Shown: positions 53,115 to 62,427 of the stretch, piece after piece
How positions within the stretch are numbered: position 1 is the first letter of the stretch
Layout: the number at the start of each line of letters is the position of its first letter
Source of the DNA: an uncultured Candidatus Saccharibacteria bacterium
GTDB taxonomy: Bacteria > Patescibacteriota > Minisyncoccia > Phycocordibacterales > JACNGX01
Reading direction: 5' to 3'
DNA length: 64,000 bases
Assembly (NCBI GenBank): GCA_964621395.1
Contig: CAZULS010000001.1
Location: forward strand, 615 to 64,614
Made by a program: the position numbers and the translations under genes
The notes under the pieces: generated by a model
Told to the model about the DNA's origin: nothing
Seen by the model: only the letters and a program-made list of their open reading frames with translations
Database searches by the model: none

Positions 53115-54383
53115 ATGAATCTCGAAAACATTCTCCGCATTATAAAGAAATTTATTCCCCACCGTGTCTTTGCGTTTTTCCAGCCGGCGTATCATTATGT
53201 GCTTGCACTTCTCGGCGGGCTTCTCTATCGCTTCCCCGGACACGGTTTGCATATCACTGCTGTGACCGGCACCAAAGGAAAAACAACTGTCACCGAACTT
53301 CTCGGCGCCATCTTTAGAGAAGCCGGCTACACAGTCGCCACGTCCTCCACGCTCCACTTCACGATTGGTGATATCGAGGAACGCAATATGTATAAAATGA
53401 GTCTGCCGGGGCGCTTCTTTCTCCAGAAATTTCTCCATCGCGCAAAGGGAGCTGGATGCACGCATGTGATTGTGGAAGTCACCTCAGAGGCGGCAAAACA
53501 ATATCGTCATCTCTTTGTTCCTTTCGACGGTCTTGTTTTTACCAACATCACACCCGAGCACATCGAATCACACGGTTCGTTTGAAAAATATCTCGACGCC
53601 AAACTCTCTATTGGCCGTGCCGTGGCACGAAGCCGCAAACGACACACGGTCATCGTTGCAAATAGCGACGATGCACATGGAAAAGACTTTCTCGCTCTCA
53701 CAACAACTCGCTCATTCCCCTTTTCATTTGATGACGCACCGGAAGCTCGTGTGGAAAGTGACTCTATCACCCTTCGCGTGGGCGAGAGAGATGTTGTCGT
53801 GGGTCTTTCGGGGCGTTTTAATCTTGCAAATATCTTAGCGGCTATCACCTATGCACGAGCATGGGGCATTACCGATGAAACAATCGCTCATGCCCTTGAG
53901 GGATTCAGTGGCATTCGCGGACGCATGGAAAAAGTAGATGAGGGACAAGATTTTGAAGTGCTTGTCGACTATGCCCACACACCCGAATCACTTGAAGCGG
54001 CATATTCTGCACGCAATACGCGGAAGATTTGTGTCTTGGGAGGGACAGGCGGCGGGCGCGACAGAGAAAAGCGCTCTGCCATGGGCGCTATTGCCGATAA
54101 TCATTGCGCGCATATCATTCTCACCAATGAAGACCCCTACGATGAAGACCCGGAGCAAATCGTGCATGATGTAAAAAACGGTATCTCCTCTACGCCGGTA
54201 GACATCATAATGGATCGTCGCGAAGCTATTGCCCATGCTTGCGACATTGCACAAAAAGGCGATACCGTCTACATCACCGGCAAAGGGACCGATCCGTATA
54301 TCGTTGGCCCCGATGGACACAAAACCCCATGGGATGATGCATCGGTCGTCCGCGACGTATTACAGGAACGGTCTTCGCATTAA
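53115..54383 (+). CDS. murE: Mur ligase (MurE-like UDP-N-acetylmuramoyl-tripeptide synthetase)
   Basis: ITAVTGTKGKTTVTELL P-loop. Mur ligase middle and C-terminal domains (DYAHTPESL). Confidence 0.8.
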   Translation: MNLENILRIIKKFIPHRVFAFFQPAYHYVLALLGGLLYRFPGHGLHITAVTGTKGKTTVTELLGAIFREAGYTVATSSTLHFTIGDIEERNMYKMSLPGRFFLQKFLHRAKGAGCTHVIVEVTSEAAKQYRHLFVPFDGLVFTNITPEHIESHGSFEKYLDAKLSIGRAVARSRKRHTVIVANSDDAHGKDFLALTTTRSFPFSFDDAPEARVESDSITLRVGERDVVVGLSGRFNLANILAAITYARAWGITDETIAHALEGFSGIRGRMEKVDEGQDFEVLVDYAHTPESLEAAYSARNTRKICVLGGTGGGRDREKRSAMGAIADNHCAHIILTNEDPYDEDPEQIVHDVKNGISSTPVDIIMDRREAIAHACDIAQKGDTVYITGKGTDPYIVGPDGHKTPWDDASVVRDVLQERSSH

Positions 54384-54566
54384 ACATAAAAAGTTATTCC
54401 AGACCACGCCGTTTAAGATTCCGGATCAGGTCCGGAATGACAGGAAGAGAGCAAGTGGTCACTCTACACTAAAGACATGTCATTCTGAACTTGATTCAGA
54501 ATCTTCCCAAACAACCCTCGCAGACAACAGCGCCACTTTTCTCTACTCATAACTCTCAACTCGTCC

Positions 54567-55397
54567 ATGTCATCTATTTCAGAATTTCTTATCGTTATCG
54601 CCCTCATTGTGCTTCTGTGGTTTGCCTGGTTTGCCACCGGCGGCCCTGAGCGTTTTCGGGATTCGCAAGGACTCTTTCTTTCAGACACCCCCCTTGATAG
54701 CGACTCTTCCAATCTTCCCTGGAATGCGGAGCAACATCCCTTTGCGCAATATATTGATATCGAGACACATGGTGTAGAGAGTAACACCCCTTCTTCGGAA
54801 TACATTTTAATTTCATCGGCATGGAATACGCCGGAAAACATCAATCTCACCGGGTGGTCCTTGCGCAACAAAAAAGGAGAAGAAGTGGTTATTGACTTTG
54901 GTACGGAAACCCCGCGCCAAGGATCCCAAAACAGCTCCGAAGACATCTTTCTTTCTCAGGGAAACGTGGCGATTATCACAACCGGCCGCTCCCCCATCGG
55001 TATATCATTTGGAGTAAATATCTGCTCGGGATATATCGGAGAATTGCAAACATTCACCCCCCATCTTTCCACCTCGTGTCCCTCGGCACTCGACATGGCG
55101 CAAGCGCGCGGTGTAAACACGGATGATGCTCAGTGCAAAACAGCGCTTCGCCGTATCCAGCCCTGCAGCACATACACGGGAAGAGTTCCCGGTGATGTAT
55201 CAGGATCATGTGAAGATTTTCTCCGCGAGGACATCAACTACAATACCTGTGTTCGTACATATGATGATGTCTACAATTTCGATGAAAAAGAATGGCGTGT
55301 CTTCCTGGGACGCAATACGGAATTTTGGAATGATGAAGGCGACACGATTTCTCTCTACGATGAAAAGGGGGAGTTTGTGACGAGTGTGAGTTATTAG
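54567..55397 (+). CDS. Membrane-anchored protein with a lamin-tail-domain (LTD)-like region
   Basis: N-terminal TM (FLIVIALIVLLWFAWFA). INLTGWSLRNKKGEEVV...GDTISLYDEKGEFV resembles the LTD signature. Terminator at 55429-55456. Confidence 0.5.
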   Translation: MSSISEFLIVIALIVLLWFAWFATGGPERFRDSQGLFLSDTPLDSDSSNLPWNAEQHPFAQYIDIETHGVESNTPSSEYILISSAWNTPENINLTGWSLRNKKGEEVVIDFGTETPRQGSQNSSEDIFLSQGNVAIITTGRSPIGISFGVNICSGYIGELQTFTPHLSTSCPSALDMAQARGVNTDDAQCKTALRRIQPCSTYTGRVPGDVSGSCEDFLREDINYNTCVRTYDDVYNFDEKEWRVFLGRNTEFWNDEGDTISLYDEKGEFVTSVSY

Positions 55398-55508
55398 AAT
55401 AAAGAATTAGGAGTTAAGAATTAAGTATAAAGGGCGGCGCTACGCGCCGCCCTTTTCAATATCTCACGCTCTTCTTTCTGTCACTGCCGGCTCCGACCGG
55501 AATCTCCT

Positions 55509-55556
55509 GCGCCAAAGTTACGCTTTGGCAGAATTGCCAAAGCGTAACTTTGGCGC
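55509..55556. repeat. Perfect 22-bp-arm palindrome gcgccaaagttacgctttggca-gaat-tgccaaagcgtaactttggcgc
   Basis: Seen directly. A long-stem structured region follows at 55660-55790 (gcactgttataccg...cggtataacagtgc). Confidence 0.8.
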
Positions 55557-55798
55557 ATACATATTTCATATTTCGTTTTTCACTCGACCGAGCACGATTT
55601 ATCGTGCTTTAGGTATATTCCTAGCCCTTTAGAGCCTGTTTATGGTTCTCTGTCGTGCGTAATGCACTGTTATACCGAGCGAAAATCGTGAAAAGTGTCG
55701 ATGGAGTACTGTCGTACTTCGAGACGCTTTGAGCGATTTGCAGCCGGTATAACAGTGCATTAAGCCGGCAAGTATTTATTCTTATTTTTACGTTGAGA

Positions 55799-56272
55799 TT
55801 ATGAACAGGCTCTTAGCGCATACAAAGCAATTCCCGTTGCAACCGACACATTCAGCGATTCCTTCTCCCCTCTCATCGGTATCTCAATGAGGACATCGCA
55901 CTTCTTTCGAAGCTGCGGGGAAATCCCGCGCACTTCATTACCCACAAGAAGTGCCGCCTTCTCCTTTTTTGGCGCACTGCGATAATCAACCGACCGCTCA
56001 TCCTGCTCCAAACCGACAATCTCATATCCTTCTTTTTTCAAACGTGCAATAAGTGACGATACATTCTTCGCAGTACTCCACGGTACCGAAAGCTCCGCGC
56101 CCAGTGCGGTCTTGGCAATATCTTTTCGCGGTCGATTAAACTGATCCGTCGGAAGCGGGGTGTATCCAGAGAGATACACATGCGACACACCAGCCCCATC
56201 AGCCGTACGAAATATCGCACCCACATTATGCGCACTCCGAATGTTGTGAAGTATGAGAACAACGTCATTCAT
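55799..56272 (-). CDS. SpoU/TrmH-family RNA 2'-O-methyltransferase
   Basis: LILHNIRSAHNVGAIFRTADGAG...LLVGNEVRGIS...IEIPMRGEKESLNVSVA, the SPOUT knot motifs. Confidence 0.85.
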   Translation of the reverse strand: MNDVVLILHNIRSAHNVGAIFRTADGAGVSHVYLSGYTPLPTDQFNRPRKDIAKTALGAELSVPWSTAKNVSSLIARLKKEGYEIVGLEQDERSVDYRSAPKKEKAALLVGNEVRGISPQLRKKCDVLIEIPMRGEKESLNVSVATGIALYALRACS

Positions 56273-56346
56273 CAAAAAAGCATAGCATAAACTCTTGATT
56301 CTGTGAAAAAATGTGTTATATTAAAGCGCGTCGTCAAGAGACACAT

Positions 56347-56419
56347 CCGCCCGTAGCTCAGCTGGTAGAGCAGTTGCCTTTTAAGCAAACGGTCGAAGGT
56401 TCAAGTCCTTCCGGGCGGA
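56347..56419 (+). tRNA. tRNA-Lys (anticodon UUU)
   Basis: CCGCCCG-UA-GCUC-AGCUGGUAGA-GAGC..UUGCC-UUUUAAG-CAAAC..GAAGG-UUCAAGU-CCUUC-CGGGCGG-A. First acceptor pair is C1:G72 (unusual but consistent). Confidence 0.75.
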
Positions 56420-56495
56420 CTAAAATAAGACATGGGGGGGATTGTCTTACGAAAGATTCTTTGCGTGTGAGTCGTAATAGTTTTAAAGTTGATTT

Positions 56496-57023
56496 ATGAC
56501 AAATTGGACATATAAACAGAAATCCGACAATGACTTCATGAATTCATTCTCACCTGAAACCAAAAAGTATCTTGAATTTGATGACGGCTTCCCTTCACAC
56601 AATCAAGCAAGGTGGTTTCTTGACGCCCACCAATTAATGAAAGAAAACTACACCCATTCGTATGGAGACTATTCATTCATGGTCGTTCCAGCATCTAAGG
56701 CTTTGGAAAGTTGGGTATTTAAAGTCGGCAATAGTTTGGGAGTCGACATTAAAACTAAAAACGCAAATAAAGCTAGGGAAATAATCGCTGATGGTTTAGA
56801 TGATATTCTTAAAGAAGTTGATAAAAAAGTGAGCGACATACTTAAAGACGAATTTACTCAATTGAGGGTTTTCATACAAGATTACAGAAACGACATTGTT
56901 CACAGTAACAGGATCATTGACAATCCAACACGCGCAGAAAATAAGATAAAAGCCATCATTGAAAAAATAGACACTTTAACAACAAAACTTGCGCAAGCTG
57001 GATTAATTTCCACCGAAAAATAA
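56496..57023 (+). CDS. AT-rich hypothetical protein with an R-x4-H (HEPN-like) motif, inserted after tRNA-Lys
   Basis: RVFIQDYRNDIVHSNR. Markedly lower GC than its neighbours. Followed by a strong terminator (57064-57092). Confidence 0.45.
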   Translation: MTNWTYKQKSDNDFMNSFSPETKKYLEFDDGFPSHNQARWFLDAHQLMKENYTHSYGDYSFMVVPASKALESWVFKVGNSLGVDIKTKNANKAREIIADGLDDILKEVDKKVSDILKDEFTQLRVFIQDYRNDIVHSNRIIDNPTRAENKIKAIIEKIDTLTTKLAQAGLISTEK

Positions 57024-57142
57024 TCGGTTTCGATTAAATCTCGTATTGCAAGTATGAGTATAAGAAAAAACACCCTCAAAGGGGTGTTTTTTCTTATACT
57101 CATCCAAAGCAAGATGGCTAATTAGTCCGTGTAATATATAAT

Positions 57143-57829
57143 TTATCGAAACAACTCCTCTGCTTTCTCGCACAGAGGACATGAAAATACGTTTCGTGAT
57201 TCGATAACTGTTGCTTGCTGTGCTTCGGAAATCTCCCTGGAAAGAAATGTATACGGCAATCCCCATTCAGACACTGCTGTTGCAAGCTTCTCAACCGATA
57301 CCTCCATTGTACTCAATATCTCGTCCGTATTCACCTGACTACGCAGCGTACCCCATCCGTATGCCACGCCGGCAAAGATAAGAAGAAACATGACACCGCG
57401 CCGCACGCTTCTGAGAGCCCCTGCACTTCCGTTTGCTGCACGCACACCCAAGCGCGACCCCGTCGGACTCTTTGCAAATTGCACTCCTTGTCGTGTCCCG
57501 ACAGCACTTTCGCTTCGCGATACTCGAGCACCCCCATCACGCGATTTCACTCTTCCTGTCATATCACGTTCTTGCGCTCGCAGTGCGCGCAAAGAATGAT
57601 CACGATCAACGTTCCCCGAAAATATGCTTGTATGACTTCCTCCGTGTTCACGCATATGGCCGGAAAAAGAGTCGAAATCAACATATGATGTGCCGCCCAT
57701 GTGCTTCCCGCCTACAAAACCATCGCGAGAGAGCTTGCTCACATATTCCGGCGTATAGCCCGCCAAATCAGCAGCCTTCGCGGCTGATACATACTTCTTT
57801 CCATTGATGATAAGAGTATCTGTTGGCAT
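57143..57829 (-). CDS. Hypothetical protein with an N-terminal HTH-like segment and one TM
   Basis: KYVSAAKAADLAGYTPEYVSKLSRDG. TM VMFLLIFAGVAYGWG. C-terminal CPLC. Confidence 0.45.
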   Translation of the reverse strand: MPTDTLIINGKKYVSAAKAADLAGYTPEYVSKLSRDGFVGGKHMGGTSYVDFDSFSGHMREHGGSHTSIFSGNVDRDHSLRALRAQERDMTGRVKSRDGGARVSRSESAVGTRQGVQFAKSPTGSRLGVRAANGSAGALRSVRRGVMFLLIFAGVAYGWGTLRSQVNTDEILSTMEVSVEKLATAVSEWGLPYTFLSREISEAQQATVIESRNVFSCPLCEKAEELFR

Positions 57830-57841
57830 GCGCTTATTATA

Positions 57842-58591
57842 TTATACACGGGAAAGAATCCACTGCTCCAACCCTTCTTTGAGTGGCATTTCCCCTCCAT
57901 GCCCTTCATGATACACGGAGACAAGCGATGATGAAAGTGCGGTGAGATCCGTATCGGAAAATTTCTCTACCGCGCGCTTTGCCTTCCCGTACACAAATGG
58001 CTTGAGCCCCGCCTCTTCAGCGCTTTTCACACGAGAGGCTGCAAGAATCGCACGCACCTGCCAGGCGACAATACCGTGAATCTCCTCCATGGGAAGCTCA
58101 CACAGCGACGCCTGCTCCAGAAGTGTCCATGCGCGCTTTTTATCTCGGGCAGCCACGGCATCGGCAAGATGAAACGGATTATACGCCGCGCACATTGCTC
58201 CATACTCATCATGTGTTTCAGCAGCAACATCTTTCTTCTTTTCATACACAAACACATCTTGCGCGTGCTTCTCGAGCTTTTTCTTCGTTTTCGCATCAAT
58301 CTTTTCCGCATACAGCACAAAGACATGTGCTGTTTCTGCAATCGCCTCTGCATGCTTGGTGAGAAAATCTGCCGCTTCCGGATGTGCGAGCACTCTGTCG
58401 AGAATAACGATATACTTCTCATCAAAAAGCCCTTGGCCTCCGATGAGCTCAGCCATACGAGACACATCAAAACTTTCATCGTCCGTCACAAACACTGCCG
58501 CATCAGGGCGCTTTTTTTCAAGGGTGGCACGCAGTGCCGTAAGCTTTGCCCGCCCTTTATCGATATCGTTTCCTGTGATGATGTATAACAT
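57842..58591 (-). CDS. holA: DNA polymerase III delta subunit-like (HolA), tentative
   Basis: Length, the MLYIITGND start, and the position upstream of polA/tsaE fit. Helical C-terminal region. Weak motif support. Confidence 0.45.
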   Translation of the reverse strand: MLYIITGNDIDKGRAKLTALRATLEKKRPDAAVFVTDDESFDVSRMAELIGGQGLFDEKYIVILDRVLAHPEAADFLTKHAEAIAETAHVFVLYAEKIDAKTKKKLEKHAQDVFVYEKKKDVAAETHDEYGAMCAAYNPFHLADAVAARDKKRAWTLLEQASLCELPMEEIHGIVAWQVRAILAASRVKSAEEAGLKPFVYGKAKRAVEKFSDTDLTALSSSLVSVYHEGHGGEMPLKEGLEQWILSRV

Positions 58592-58657
58592 ACAAAAGTT
58601 GAGAGCGAAGAGTTAAGAGAAAAGAGAATACAGCTCCGTCTCTCAACTCTCAACTCT

Positions 58658-61036
58658 TTACTCTTTTACTTTTTCTAAGCTTCCCCATCGCGTACCTGAA
58701 GACACCGTTACAAGAAGTGGTACGGAGATATCCACCGCGTTCTCCATCACTTCTTTCATACGCTTACCCGCCTCTTCAGCCGCATCTTTTTTCGCCTCCA
58801 CAATCAATTCATCGTGCACTTGAAGAAGGAGCCTTGCTTTGCCGGCAAATTCTTTCTCCAGCATATCGTCCACCTGCTTCATCGCAATCTTAATAATATC
58901 AGCAGCCGTTCCTTGAATTGGCGCGTTCATCGCGGCACGCTCAGCGGCCGCCTTGATATACGGCACGTGTGAACGAATATCGGCAAAATGACGCCTTCGC
59001 CCAAAATACGTTTCCGTATAACCCTTTTTCGCCGCGTCCTTTTTTACCGTATCAAAATACGTGGCAATGGAAGGAAATTGCTCAAAATACTGATCATAAA
59101 ACGCCCGCGCTTCGGATTGCGTCCCGCCAATATTTTCTTTCAACGCATTCACCCCCATGCCATACACAATACCGAAATTAATCACCTTCGCTTTTCGGCG
59201 CATGTCTTTCGTTACGTCGTTCTCACTCACGCCAAAAACACGCGACGCCACCGAAGCGTGCACGTCTCTGCCATCACGAAATGTCTTCTGCAACACTTCA
59301 TCTTCCGAAAGTAATGCCAAAACACGCATTTCGATTTGGGAGTAATCAGCAGACACCAAGACACTCCCTTTTGGCGCAACAAATGCATCGCGCACTCGGT
59401 CGCCGTCTCCGCGCGTGGGAATATTCTGCAGATTCGGATTCATGGAAGAGAAGCGTCCGGTCGTTGTGCCCGTCTGACACAGTGTGGTGTGAATACGATT
59501 GTCTGCATCGGCAAGACCGGGCAATACGTCAATGTATGTGGAGACAAGTTTCTGCACTTCCCGATATTCCAAAAGAGCTTCAATGATATCGTGTTCGCCT
59601 TTAAGCTTCAGGAGTTCTGATTCGCGCGTACTGCGAGCACCGCCCGCCGTTTTTTTCAAGCCCTTCACAGAGAGCCCCATTTCGTCAAAAAGCACTTCGC
59701 CGAGCTGCTTGGGAGAATTGATATTAAATTCCCTGCCTGCATGCTTCCAAATCTCTCCTTCAAGCTTTGCAACGTGCGCGTGATATTCGTCGGCGAGCTT
59801 CTTTGTATAGCCACCATCGAGAAGCACCCCTCGCTTCTCCGCTTTTTCAATACAGTCAATGAGCGGCTCTTCAATGTCGGCATACACCTTCTCTAAGCCC
59901 GCGTCTTTCATATCGGCAAAAATCTTCTCCTTTGCTGAGGAGAACGATTTCGTACCCGCATACGAAAGCACATCATCAATGCTCGGATTGGTGATGTCTG
60001 AGCGAAGAAGCCACAATGCAATAGCGGTTTCTTTGAGCTCCCGCTCAGTGTAATCCTTCTCCGCTTTCTCTTCTCCTTTTTTTTCTTCGCCTCCTTCACC
60101 AATGAGCTCACGAAAACGATTTGTCAGTGAGCGAAATTCAAGCTCGGCAAAGAGAGTCTCCACTAAGGAAGGATCAAGTGCATCTTTCCACTTCTCTTTG
60201 GGAAGCATAAAGTCAATCGGTGCATCTTTGCGAATCGTCGCCAAGGTCTTAGAGAAGAGCGCATCATCTTCGCCCTCGAGGATAAGTGAGCGTGCCTTTG
60301 GCTTAAGTCCGGCATCCTCAAGCGCCTTCTCGCCCTTCTTCTTAATCGCTTTATACATCTCTTCAATGCTTCCGAAGTGTGTGATGCATGTTGTTGCCGT
60401 CTTGGCGCCAATGCCGACAATACCGGGAATATTATCCGACGGGTCCCCTGAAAGCCCTTTGAAATCCGGCAAGTGCTCCGGCCCGAATTCAAATCGCTCT
60501 TTCACGGCGCCCTCATCATACAGCACCGTATCGTTCATACCTTTGCGCAATGTATACACCTGCACCCTCTTTTTCTCCACAAGCTGCAAGGTGTCCATGT
60601 CGCCTGAAGCAATCACGACATCCACCGGCTCGTTCCTTAGCTTCTCGGCAATGGTGCCGAGAATGTCATCAGCCTCAAATCCTTCCGCTTCATAGATAGG
60701 AATATTGAATGCGGCAAAGATATCCCGCGAGCGCACAATCTGAGACACGAGCGCATCATCGGCTTCCTTACGCCCCGCCTTATACTCATCATATGCTTCG
60801 TGGCGGAATGTCGGTTTGGGAAGATCATAGCAGGCCGCCAAGTAATCGGGCTTGAGCTCTTTCACAATATTCATGAGCATGGTGGAGACACCAAAGAGCC
60901 CGCCCGTCGGCTCACCCGAAGAAGTGGAGAAATCGGGCAACGCATGATAGGCCCGATGAATAATCGCATGAGCGTCGAGAAGCACCAAGCGAGGCCGCTC
61001 TTGCACATTCTTCTTTTGTGAAGACGTTTTAGACAT
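58658..61036 (-). CDS. polA: DNA polymerase I (5'-3' exonuclease + polymerase; short form)
   Basis: N-terminal 5'-nuclease (LVLLDAHAIIHRAYHAL). Polymerase motifs A/B/C (VSADYSQIEMRVLA, RRKAKVINFGIVYGMG, QVHDELIVE). Confidence 0.95.
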   Translation of the reverse strand: MSKTSSQKKNVQERPRLVLLDAHAIIHRAYHALPDFSTSSGEPTGGLFGVSTMLMNIVKELKPDYLAACYDLPKPTFRHEAYDEYKAGRKEADDALVSQIVRSRDIFAAFNIPIYEAEGFEADDILGTIAEKLRNEPVDVVIASGDMDTLQLVEKKRVQVYTLRKGMNDTVLYDEGAVKERFEFGPEHLPDFKGLSGDPSDNIPGIVGIGAKTATTCITHFGSIEEMYKAIKKKGEKALEDAGLKPKARSLILEGEDDALFSKTLATIRKDAPIDFMLPKEKWKDALDPSLVETLFAELEFRSLTNRFRELIGEGGEEKKGEEKAEKDYTERELKETAIALWLLRSDITNPSIDDVLSYAGTKSFSSAKEKIFADMKDAGLEKVYADIEEPLIDCIEKAEKRGVLLDGGYTKKLADEYHAHVAKLEGEIWKHAGREFNINSPKQLGEVLFDEMGLSVKGLKKTAGGARSTRESELLKLKGEHDIIEALLEYREVQKLVSTYIDVLPGLADADNRIHTTLCQTGTTTGRFSSMNPNLQNIPTRGDGDRVRDAFVAPKGSVLVSADYSQIEMRVLALLSEDEVLQKTFRDGRDVHASVASRVFGVSENDVTKDMRRKAKVINFGIVYGMGVNALKENIGGTQSEARAFYDQYFEQFPSIATYFDTVKKDAAKKGYTETYFGRRRHFADIRSHVPYIKAAAERAAMNAPIQGTAADIIKIAMKQVDDMLEKEFAGKARLLLQVHDELIVEAKKDAAEEAGKRMKEVMENAVDISVPLLVTVSSGTRWGSLEKVKE

Positions 61037-61118
61037 ACATCATAAGCACATGCCGACAAATCACAAAAAACAAGTACCAAATATCAAATAATATCAAAAT
61101 CTCAATATCGAAACGGCT

Positions 61119-61493
61119 TTATGTTGATTTCTCAACAATTCTCGAGAAAATCTTTTTCAATTCCACCGCCTCCTCAGTCAACCACCTCCTCTTCTTTTCA
61201 ATTTCTTCAGAATGAGCGTTCAGAAGTCGTAACCACAGCACACTTTCTTTTGCTTCCTTGCGACATATTTTCATTCGCATGACAAAATCTTTTTTACTGA
61301 GAGATTCATTCGCTTCAATATAATTTGCGGCAACAGACCCTGAAGATCGTATGAGCTGTTTACCATCTTCAATGTGTGCACTTGTCTTCTGTAGACTTGC
61401 AACAAATACTCTTACTTCTTTCGCGAAAAGAAAAGTTCGTTCTTCCAAATCATATGGTTTTTCGTCATTATTCACTTCTCTAGTGTACCACAT
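61119..61493 (-). CDS. Four-helix-bundle protein (23S rRNA IVS-type family)
   Basis: Pattern YDLEERTFLFAKEVRVFV...SSGSVAANYIEANESLSKKDFVMRMKICRKEAKESVLWLRL. Confidence 0.7.
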   Translation of the reverse strand: MWYTREVNNDEKPYDLEERTFLFAKEVRVFVASLQKTSAHIEDGKQLIRSSGSVAANYIEANESLSKKDFVMRMKICRKEAKESVLWLRLLNAHSEEIEKKRRWLTEEAVELKKIFSRIVEKST

Positions 61494-61527
61494 TTAAATG
61501 GGAGTATTGGAATTTCGTTATTGTGAT

Positions 61528-61983
61528 TTATTTGTGATTTGGTGCTTGTGATTTGAGGTTTATTTTCCTTGTGGTCTCGTTAATGTGCTCAAGCGTGAGC
61601 TGTATCGTATTTTTAGGGATGATAGATTCAATCCGTTCAGGCCATTCGATGACTATGAAATTTTTGGGATCGGTTATGAGATTCTCCCAGCCAAGTGTTT
61701 CCATATCTTTACTCCCTTCAAGGCGATAGGCATCAATATGAATGAGTGTGGTGAATGTTTCATCCGCGGTATCATACGAACGCATGATACCGAATGTCGG
61801 ACTTGTTACCCTCCCTTTCACACCCAGCTCTTCGGCGAGCGCTTGGGTGAATGTGGTTTTCCCCGCACCGAGGTCTCCTGAGAGAGTGAGGATCGACGCT
61901 TCACGTGCGTCGGAGGGCAGCGCGGCAAGGGTTTCGCGCACGACATTCTTCATTTCTTTGGTGTTTTGAATCGTGTATTCCAT
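61528..61983 (-). CDS. tsaE: tRNA threonylcarbamoyladenosine biosynthesis protein TsaE
   Basis: Walker A LSGDLGAGKTTFTQALAEELGV. HIDAYRLE motif. Confidence 0.8.
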   Translation of the reverse strand: MEYTIQNTKEMKNVVRETLAALPSDAREASILTLSGDLGAGKTTFTQALAEELGVKGRVTSPTFGIMRSYDTADETFTTLIHIDAYRLEGSKDMETLGWENLITDPKNFIVIEWPERIESIIPKNTIQLTLEHINETTRKINLKSQAPNHK

Positions 61984-62146
61984 ATGAGTAAGAATAAAGA
62001 ATTACGAATAATGAATCAAGGCACGGAAGTGGTGCGGGACCGGCCATGGAATAAAGAATTATGAATTATGAATCAAGGCACAGCAAAAAACGGCGTCATG
62101 CGCCGCATCACTTCCACGCAAGACAAAAGCGGCACATGAATCTCGA

Positions 62147-62277
62147 GATCCCGCATCACCAGAGCCTCACTTTCACCAATATCATTTGCAGTAAAACATC
62201 TTTTACCCCCCCTCCTACCGTCTACAGTTTCTCAGGTGTTCAGTGAAAGTGAAGCTCGGCAAGAGTGCGGGATGACA
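62147..62277. mobile_element. MITE-like ~130-nt composite element, third full-length copy
   Basis: gatcccgcatcaccagagcctcactttcaccaata...cagtgaaagtgaagctcggcaagagtgcgggatgaca. Followed by terminator hairpin 62307-62335. Confidence 0.65.
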
Positions 62278-62427
62278 GTGGTAGTTTGAGAATATTAAAT
62301 AACAGCAAAAGGCGCGCCCTTCGGGCGCGCCTTTTGCTTGTGAGTCGCGAAGCGACTCTTTTAACCGTTTAACATTTACCGTTCATCGTTTGTGAATCAT
62401 TTGTTTTGGAGCATGAGGGATGTACGT

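Noticed and set aside
8305-54503. Possibility that the recurring stem-loops form a CRISPR array
   Set aside because: The repeats are individually palindromic, irregularly spaced, and scattered in both orientations over the whole window. There are no uniformly sized spacers and no cas genes.
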